From the sequence record NC_105433.1: a DNA stretch of 51,374 nucleotides, one strand, 5' to 3'. Shown in pieces: positions 45,765 to 51,374 of the stretch. Source of the stretch: a phage. Below the pieces are notes generated by a model. It saw nothing but the letters and a program-made list of their open reading frames with translations, did no database searches and was not told where the DNA came from. A program made the position numbers and the translations under genes. Each line of letters begins with the position of its first letter. The first letter of the stretch is position 1.

Positions 45765-45972
45765 GCGCGTCAAGCACAGGTTTACTGATAACCACGGCGA
45801 CGCGATTGATGTATACAAGTTCGGCGATCGCGTGTTTATTGATGGCACGTTTGAAGGTGGTCGTAGGCCGGATTTTAGGTCGATACTTACCGTTGACCAA
45901 GTGCGCAAGCTGGCAGATAAGTTAAATGATCTGGCAGATGAAATAGAATACAAGCAAATCCATTTTAATTGA
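45751..45972 (+). CDS. Hypothetical protein
   Basis: 73 aa; overlaps the upstream gene end. Confidence 0.45.
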   Translation: MKTNKRVKHRFTDNHGDAIDVYKFGDRVFIDGTFEGGRRPDFRSILTVDQVRKLADKLNDLADEIEYKQIHFN

Positions 45973-45983
45973 TAGGTTTGATA

Positions 45984-46697
45984 ATGAAAAAATACACTTT
46001 CGAACTGTGGGGCAAGAAGTACGAATTAATCACCAGCAAGCCGATTGTTATCGTTGACCTGGACGGCACACTATCGGACGGATCGCATCGTTTGCATTTG
46101 CTGCCAACTGAAAACTTGCACCTTACGGAATCGTGGCGCGAGTTTAACAGGGCCGCCGCCGGAGATTCACCGATTAAAAGCACTATCGCGGTTATTAACG
46201 GTTTATGGGTGTCGGGATTTGCCATCGTCATCTTGACCGGACGCAGCGACGAGGTTCGCTATGAAACCTGCAAATGGTTGAATGAGAACGGCGTGAAGTT
46301 TGACGAAATCATCATGCGCCGCCAGGAGGACAACCGAAAGGATACGGTTATTAAAGAAGAAGCCTTGCGCGCTATTGGCCTGGACAACATTGTTTGCGCC
46401 TTTGACGATTCGCCGAACGTGGTTAAGCACTTCCGCAGCTTGGGGATCACAACCTATCAGGTCACGGAATACGACAAGCCACACGCTCACATACAATCTC
46501 ACGGCGTGGAATCAATCAAGATCACGAAGCGCGCCCGATTCGTCGGCAGCAAAGACAGCCTGGTCAATGCCAGCTTTATCAAAGGCAAGGTTTATGATGT
46601 TCATAGCCATGATAAAAACAGATTCTTTTTGTGGGATGAAAAAGGTTTTGGCTGGTGCTTTGAACACGACGACGGCGATTTTGTTAATGCGGAATAG
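45984..46697 (+). CDS. HAD-superfamily phosphatase (nucleotidase or Pnk-phosphatase-like, putative)
   Basis: Frame of ORF 45969..46697; ATG at 45984; HAD motif I VIVDLDGTLSDG; stop embedded in the box. Confidence 0.5.
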   Translation: MKKYTFELWGKKYELITSKPIVIVDLDGTLSDGSHRLHLLPTENLHLTESWREFNRAAAGDSPIKSTIAVINGLWVSGFAIVILTGRSDEVRYETCKWLNENGVKFDEIIMRRQEDNRKDTVIKEEALRAIGLDNIVCAFDDSPNVVKHFRSLGITTYQVTEYDKPHAHIQSHGVESIKITKRARFVGSKDSLVNASFIKGKVYDVHSHDKNRFFLWDEKGFGWCFEHDDGDFVNAE

Positions 46698-46743
46698 CAC
46701 TTTTTGTTAAAACAGATTGTCGGGCTTGCGGTATAGTAAGCCC
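46693..46743 (+). promoter_or_regulatory. Box-type promoter cassette with hairpin-enclosed TATAGT
   Basis: aatagcactttttgttaaaac, 22 nt, tatagt in the loop of gggctt...aagccc. Confidence 0.5.
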
Positions 46744-46768
46744 ATCAACAACAAACGAGGATTAAATC

Positions 46769-47032
46769 ATGGCTAACAAGATCGAGTTTTTTAAAGCGGT
46801 AGACATTATTGATGGCGCGCCTAGCTTCTTTGCCATCCATTCTATTGACGGCAAGGATATTGGGTACAACGTTATCCGTCGAGATGGAATCTCAAAACTT
46901 AGTGACCTGGTAGGCCATATTGTGTCAAACGGGAAATGCGCATGGCCCGATTCGCCACGAGAGCCACGCCGCCGCGACATGGTAGAGCCTGTTCTGCTTT
47001 ACACTCTGGTAGTAGAAGGAGAAAATAAATGA
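46769..47032 (+). CDS. Hypothetical protein
   Basis: 87 aa; RBS gagg. Confidence 0.5.
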   Translation: MANKIEFFKAVDIIDGAPSFFAIHSIDGKDIGYNVIRRDGISKLSDLVGHIVSNGKCAWPDSPREPRRRDMVEPVLLYTLVVEGENK

Positions 47033-47214
47033 TTTGGTTACTTGCTTTTTTGGTTGTTTTTCTTTACATTTCAGGCTTGTTTACGTTCCGCGCGTTGGTG
47101 AAATATTCTGACACGACAGACAAAGACGATAAAATCGTTCTCGCTTTCTGGTTTGTTTGGGTGTGGTTAGCAATTTACGAGATCATCAGAGACAAACAGA
47201 AATTTGAGTGGTGA
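47029..47214 (+). CDS. Small membrane protein (two predicted transmembrane segments)
   Basis: 61 aa; ATGA overlap; hydrophobic segments LLAFLVVFLYISGLF and IVLAFWFVWVWLAIY. Confidence 0.5.
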   Translation: MIWLLAFLVVFLYISGLFTFRALVKYSDTTDKDDKIVLAFWFVWVWLAIYEIIRDKQKFEW

Positions 47215-47222
47215 TTCTTGCT

Positions 47223-47252
47223 ATGGCGCATTCATGCAGTGCGCCATTTTGA
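47223..47252 (+). terminator. Hairpin plus short T-run
   Basis: tggcgca-ttcatgcag-tgcgcca followed by tttt. Confidence 0.4.
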
Positions 47253-47270
47253 GAAAACCTAAAGGGGGAA

Positions 47271-47423
47271 ATGATGCGTAACTTTGAAAAAATCATTACC
47301 AAAAAGAAGCGTCGCGGGTACGATGAGCATGTGGAGCTTGTGAAAAAGCAACGCAAGAAGCGCAACGAAGACAAGAAGCGTGGGAAAAAATTTAATGCGA
47401 TTTTTCGCTATGGAGATCATTAA
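47271..47423 (+). CDS. Small highly basic protein (50 aa), absent from the ORF track
   Basis: RBS aaaggggg; reads MMRNFEKIITKKKRRGYDEHVELVKKQRKKRNEDKKRGKKFNAIFRYGDH; stop overlaps the kinase start region. Confidence 0.35.
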   Translation: MMRNFEKIITKKKRRGYDEHVELVKKQRKKRNEDKKRGKKFNAIFRYGDH

Positions 47424-47425
47424 TC

Positions 47426-48016
47426 ATGAAACGAGACATTATCATCCTTAATGGGCCGCCAGGTTGCGGGAAGGACACTATTGCAGCTTACCTAACGGGC
47501 CATCGTTACCCTGCTGTCAAGGCGTCATTCAAACAGCCGATGTTCGATATTGCTTTTTCTATGCTGGGCGTGTACCGATACGATGAATTTATGGACCTGT
47601 ACAACGACCGAGAGCAAAAAGAAAAGCCTCAAGTTATCTTGGGCGGCAAGTCACCTCGACAATTCATGATCTGGATTAGCGAGGATGTAATGAAGCCAGT
47701 TTTTGGGGATCACTATTTCGGGCGTCGAATGGTTGAAGAGATTCACGAGATGTACCGAGATTTGGCGGTTGTGATCAGTGATGGCGGATTCCCCGAAGAA
47801 ATCAAGCCGCTGGTTAAGGCAGGGCATGAAGTGCATATTTGCCGATTGCATCGCGACGGCTTCACGTTTGCTGGCGATTCGAGAGACTACATTGACCTGA
47901 GCGGTTATCACTATCGAATCCATCACTATGATTTCCACTTGCAGGACGGTAAGCCGGAACTGGCTGTAAACGAGATCGTCAATGCTGTCAAATGGAAGCA
48001 CACACAGATTAAATAG
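47426..48016 (+). CDS. P-loop nucleotide kinase (dNMP kinase-like, putative)
   Basis: 196 aa; Walker A GPPGCGKDT at residues 10-18. Confidence 0.55.
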   Translation: MKRDIIILNGPPGCGKDTIAAYLTGHRYPAVKASFKQPMFDIAFSMLGVYRYDEFMDLYNDREQKEKPQVILGGKSPRQFMIWISEDVMKPVFGDHYFGRRMVEEIHEMYRDLAVVISDGGFPEEIKPLVKAGHEVHICRLHRDGFTFAGDSRDYIDLSGYHYRIHHYDFHLQDGKPELAVNEIVNAVKWKHTQIK

Positions 48017-48056
48017 CACGAATTGCTAAACGCGGGGCGCAATGCCTCGCTATAAT
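48012..48056 (+). promoter_or_regulatory. Box-type promoter cassette (variant box, hairpin, TATAAT)
   Basis: aatagcacgaattgctaaac, 22 nt including gcgggg...cctcgc, then tataat; RBS gagagg; ATG at 48087. Confidence 0.5.
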
Positions 48057-48086
48057 GCAAACACCAATCAACGAGAGGAAATCACA

Positions 48087-48467
48087 ATGGTTAACATCAG
48101 AAAAATCCGCGTCGGCACTAAATTCTTAGTTACTTACGCAATTCCAGATAGCGGAATGAAGAAGGGCCAGATTGTTAAGGTTGATAGCAAAAGATTCGGA
48201 ATCCCTGGTATCAATGGCTATCTAATCAATAGAGATCTTGGATTCGACGGCTTCGCTATCCGTGCGCTTGAGGGTATTGTTGCCACTCTTAAACGAATCA
48301 CTAATCATCGCGGCTGCCCAATCAAGACGATTAAAGCGCCAATAAATTACGGCAAACTGGATAATCGTCGAATCCGCCGCCTGGCGCGTAACGCGTTAAA
48401 ATTCCGTGGCGTAGGCGATGATTTCTACTATGGATACAAGAGGATTGCGCGCAATGCTGGGAAATAA
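48087..48467 (+). CDS. Hypothetical basic protein
   Basis: Frame of ORF 48042..48467; ATG at 48087 with RBS gagagg; about 126 aa. Confidence 0.5.
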   Translation: MVNIRKIRVGTKFLVTYAIPDSGMKKGQIVKVDSKRFGIPGINGYLINRDLGFDGFAIRALEGIVATLKRITNHRGCPIKTIKAPINYGKLDNRRIRRLARNALKFRGVGDDFYYGYKRIARNAGK

Positions 48468-48566
48468 CAATAACGCAACGAATCCTAAGCCACCTTTTGA
48501 TTTTCATTCCGCAATGATTGCGGTATTATCAATGCTACTTTTTCTTTATAGCATGAGGGCGCTACT

Positions 48567-48815
48567 ATGGTTTTTAACGCATTGAAACGACTGTTTAAGC
48601 CGGAATACCGGATCGTATTTTGCCGCGACTGTTCTACTTATCATGTGCAGCGACGCAGCTTAGGCGGCAATTGGCACTATGTTACAGACGACTTTTTCGG
48701 CATCATTGCCACTGAATTTAAGTATTACAGTGATGCTTATATGTACGTGAAGAAGCGCCACCGCTTACGCAAGTGTCGTTTTTCCGTGCTGATTCACGTT
48801 AATGATTGTTACTGA
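48567..48815 (+). CDS. Hypothetical Cys-containing protein (possible zinc binding)
   Basis: 82 aa; CRDCSTYH motif and further Cys residues; RBS gaggg. Confidence 0.45.
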   Translation: MVFNALKRLFKPEYRIVFCRDCSTYHVQRRSLGGNWHYVTDDFFGIIATEFKYYSDAYMYVKKRHRLRKCRFSVLIHVNDCY

Positions 48816-48822
48816 GGTGAAA

Positions 48823-49005
48823 ATGAAAACTGGTATTATTATTCTTTTCCTGATCCTTTTCGGTAGCCATTTAACCATTAACTATGAGGGCATTATGGCC
48901 TTTTGGGGCAACTTGATGGTTTTTGCCGCTGGTTCAATTACTGGCTACTCTGACGGGAAAAAGGACGGCGTTCGCAAGATGCTGATGGGACTTAAACAAA
49001 AATAA
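48823..49005 (+). CDS. Small membrane protein
   Basis: Frame of ORF 48802..49005; ATG at 48823 with RBS gaggtg; two hydrophobic segments. Confidence 0.45.
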   Translation: MKTGIIILFLILFGSHLTINYEGIMAFWGNLMVFAAGSITGYSDGKKDGVRKMLMGLKQK

Positions 49006-49016
49006 GGGGATCTGAA

Positions 49017-49307
49017 ATGGCAAACAAAACTTACCGCAAACTACTGGTTAACGCTTTTGAAAACATCGCGCAGTGTAACAAGTGGAACGACTCTAAACAC
49101 TCGCCAGTCACAATGAAGCGGGCCGGATTCAAAAATGCTCGTTCATGGGCGCGAGCTTTCGCAGCTTGCTATATGCCGGATGGTGGACTAGGAGCGATGA
49201 ATGATTTTTTGATCAACATGATAGAGGAAGCTGCGCGAGAGGATCGACCGCTGACACAGCGAGATTTTGACGACTTCGCGCGCGATGAGCTTTACTATCT
49301 GAGCTAA
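49017..49307 (+). CDS. Hypothetical protein
   Basis: 96 aa; RBS aagggga; stop embedded in the box. Confidence 0.5.
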   Translation: MANKTYRKLLVNAFENIAQCNKWNDSKHSPVTMKRAGFKNARSWARAFAACYMPDGGLGAMNDFLINMIEEAAREDRPLTQRDFDDFARDELYYLS

Positions 49308-49356
49308 TAGCACTTTTTGTTAAAACTTCCGCAAGGGCATTTGATAAAGTGCCCTT
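49306..49356 (+). promoter_or_regulatory. Box-type promoter cassette with hairpin-enclosed -10-like hexamer
   Basis: aatagcactttttgttaaaac, then perfect stem aagggca / tgccctt with loop tttgataaag (taaagt 22 nt after ttgtta). Confidence 0.45.
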
Positions 49357-49382
49357 ATTGAAGCGAAACAGAGGAAAGCGCA

Positions 49383-49595
49383 ATGAAAATCAAAATCACC
49401 AAAATCGACACCATCAACGGCGACGGATCAATCACTCTTGAGCAATGCGGTTTGGTTGTTGGTGATGTGCTGGAGGTTGACGGTCATTTCAGCGACGGAT
49501 CTTATTGTGTTATTGCGCCGCGTAACAGCGAGTTTATCAAGGCTGGCGATAATATTAGTGTTAACCATGACGAATGCGAGGTAGTAGAAGAATGA
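49383..49595 (+). CDS. Hypothetical protein
   Basis: 70 aa; RBS gagga. Confidence 0.5.
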   Translation: MKIKITKIDTINGDGSITLEQCGLVVGDVLEVDGHFSDGSYCVIAPRNSEFIKAGDNISVNHDECEVVEE

Positions 49596-49855
49596 TCACG
49601 ATTAACCTGTCAGAGCAGCAAGCGCGCATTATGTTAGCGGCCTTTGGTTGGCGAGATGATGACGGTATTCAGGCAACGGTTAAAATCCCTGAGACGGTAG
49701 CGCGTGAAGTTTTTAACCAGCTTGAACACGCATTTGATCCTGCTGGGACTGAGCAAGCGGAAACTGCCGCATGGTTCGGAGAGAACGGATACAGAGATCA
49801 GCAAGTCGAAAACTGGAAGCGCATAAACGAGACTATGGAGGAATCAGGTTTATGA
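49592..49855 (+). CDS. Hypothetical protein
   Basis: Frame of ORF 49574..49855; ATG at 49592 overlaps the upstream stop (ATGA). Confidence 0.45.
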   Translation: MITINLSEQQARIMLAAFGWRDDDGIQATVKIPETVAREVFNQLEHAFDPAGTEQAETAAWFGENGYRDQQVENWKRINETMEESGL

Positions 49856-50166
49856 TTTACATTCACTACTACCAAATCGGAACTAACGAGAACAAAAAAG
49901 AGCATCGTTTCATCCACGATGATTTGGACAAGGCAAAGGCACAGCAACAGGTTTTAGGCGGCGTCATTCAGGCTTTTGAGCCTGTAGAAGATATTGAGTA
50001 CCGCGAGCATTTAAAAGATGTTGTTATTGATGAGATCTCTTGCTTGATTGATGATATGACAAATCACGGCCCTGGTTCCCCGTGGGAAGATGCAGGATCT
50101 GTAACGTGGGACAAGGCCAAAGTTAAGACGCTAAACAACTTTCGAGAGATTCTCGACGGTTTTTAA
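49852..50166 (+). CDS. Hypothetical protein
   Basis: Frame of ORF 49771..50166; ATG at 49852 overlaps the upstream stop; RBS ggagg. Confidence 0.45.
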   Translation: MIYIHYYQIGTNENKKEHRFIHDDLDKAKAQQQVLGGVIQAFEPVEDIEYREHLKDVVIDEISCLIDDMTNHGPGSPWEDAGSVTWDKAKVKTLNNFREILDGF

Positions 50167-50236
50167 TTAAAAACGCATAGCCGTTAGAGCGCCTAAATCG
50201 CATTCTAACGAGCTATTTTTCTGGTAAGGTGATTTA

Positions 50237-50365
50237 ATGGATGAGTACAAACAACCTTCGCAGTGGTGCAAAGAGAAGCAAGAAGAGGCACTGGAGCGCG
50301 GAGATGTGGAAGAAGCTATGAACTATTTCAAACTTGCGGAAGAGTGGAAGGGGAGAGGATACTGA
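50237..50365 (+). CDS. Small acidic protein (42 aa), absent from the ORF track
   Basis: Reads MDEYKQPSQWCKEKQEEALERGDVEEAMNYFKLAEEWKGRGY; stop overlaps the next gene start. Confidence 0.3.
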   Translation: MDEYKQPSQWCKEKQEEALERGDVEEAMNYFKLAEEWKGRGY

Positions 50366-50595
50366 TGTTCGGCATGAATGAGGCGCAATTCAACGCAGCT
50401 AAACGCCAGGCTAAAAAGTGCGGCGAGGCGATGAAAGCGGATGTGGAAAAGCGCGGGAAGTATGTTGATGAAGTAATGAAGGGCATCATTGCAGAACACT
50501 ACCAGCCAATCGCGCCAATGTTGACGATCACTCAATTCATTTGGCTATGTGGTTACTTGCGTGGACGTTGGGGGAACGCTTTCGACAGGGAATGA
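50365..50595 (+). CDS. Hypothetical protein
   Basis: Frame of ORF 50263..50595 (GTG-initiated in the track); internal ATG at 50365 coupled to the upstream small ORF. Confidence 0.45.
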   Translation: MFGMNEAQFNAAKRQAKKCGEAMKADVEKRGKYVDEVMKGIIAEHYQPIAPMLTITQFIWLCGYLRGRWGNAFDRE

Positions 50596-50624
50596 TTGAC
50601 AACTATTTCCTGATTGGTTAGCAT
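50596..50624 (+). promoter_or_regulatory. sigma70-like promoter (TTGACA, 17 nt, TAGCAT)
   Basis: ttgaca at about 50596-50601 and tagcat 17 nt downstream; a long-loop hairpin ggcgata...tatcgcc plus tttttt follows before the RBS at 50758. Confidence 0.35.
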
Positions 50625-50757
50625 GGCGTCGTTTACATAAGAGCGGCTTAGTCCGAACGCGTGACGCGATAGTCACACAACAACGGCGATATGCAGGAGG
50701 TTTTTGCAACGCAAAATAATCCATAAGACGTATCGCCTTTTTTAATGGAGATCCAAA

Positions 50758-50991
50758 ATGATTAAATACAAATTAACAGTTTCTTTCCGTGATACCGTTA
50801 TTCATCCTTTCTACAATAGCTTTGTTAACAGCTTTACGGTAGAGGCGACAGAGGATCAGCTAGACGGTGACGAAACTTGCATTTCTATTGGAAATGTTGC
50901 TTACCCGATTCACAACATTACCAGCATTAAGCGTGAGGTTGTCGCTGATGAATTACAAAGTGAAGATGACGATCCGGCGAATGGGGCGTAA
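50758..50991 (+). CDS. Hypothetical acidic protein
   Basis: 77 aa; RBS ggag. Confidence 0.5.
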   Translation: MIKYKLTVSFRDTVIHPFYNSFVNSFTVEATEDQLDGDETCISIGNVAYPIHNITSIKREVVADELQSEDDDPANGA

Positions 50992-51129
50992 TTGCCAATC
51001 ATGCAAACAGGAATATGAATGCGTAGTTGATGCTCTTGATGAACTGGAAGCAGTAGCAAAAGCAAAAGAGCAATCGGGCGCTAATCCTGAAACACATCAA
51101 TTTTCAATTAACCTTGTGAGGGCTTTACA

Positions 51130-51354
51130 ATGATCGCATTATCTTTCTGCATTGGTTTTATCATGGCTATCATTATCTTTTCCGTTGTCATGCGCTTTGC
51201 TTATAAGTTCGTGATTAATAAAGGTTGGTACGCTTCTGCAATCTGGAGCGAAAAACAAAAGAAATGGCTTGTACGTGGTCAATACCTGATGATCGGTAGC
51301 AAGATCCTAAATTCCATTCGAGCCAAAGATGGGAAAGTAAAATATACAGCTTAA
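51130..51354 (+). CDS. Small membrane protein
   Basis: 74 aa; N-terminal transmembrane segment LSFCIGFIMAIIIFSVV; basic C-terminus. Confidence 0.5.
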   Translation: MIALSFCIGFIMAIIIFSVVMRFAYKFVINKGWYASAIWSEKQKKWLVRGQYLMIGSKILNSIRAKDGKVKYTA

Positions 51355-51360
51355 AAATCA

Positions 51361-51374
51361 CCCGCCGAACGGCG
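51361..51374 (+). terminator. 5' half of an intrinsic terminator completed by window positions 1-10
   Basis: Window end cccgccgaacggcg joined to window start ggttttttat gives cccgcc-gaac-ggcggg followed by tttttt. Confidence 0.5.

Overview
This window reads as a complete, circularly closed genome of a virulent T1-like (Drexlerviridae-type) siphophage of enterobacteria; all calls are from reading the sequence and ORF track, with no database search. Layout: a plus-strand morphogenesis block at 1-20060 (terminase, portal, head, tail, tape measure, distal tail L/K/I/J); a short minus-strand lipoprotein operon; a plus-strand recombination module (exonuclease, Erf-like, SSB); a minus-strand tail fibre/primase/HTH unit; a plus-strand replication and lysis block (helicase, VRR-NUC, Dam, phosphoesterase, pinholin-like protein, SAR endolysin, unimolecular spanin); a minus-strand block of small genes with a methyltransferase-like gene and an HNH-AP2 endonuclease; and a plus-strand early arm of small genes (42817-51354). 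No integrase, repressor, tRNA or CRISPR array was recognised. The most distinctive signal is a roughly 21-nt intergenic box (AATAGCACTTTTTGTTAAAAC) present in about 20 copies, usually overlapping the upstream stop codon and sitting a fixed ~22 nt from a -10-like hexamer, often with a hairpin. Two diverged ~200-bp noncoding blocks precede the two consensus sigma70 promoters. Coordinates of short motifs are approximate (about +/-2 nt).
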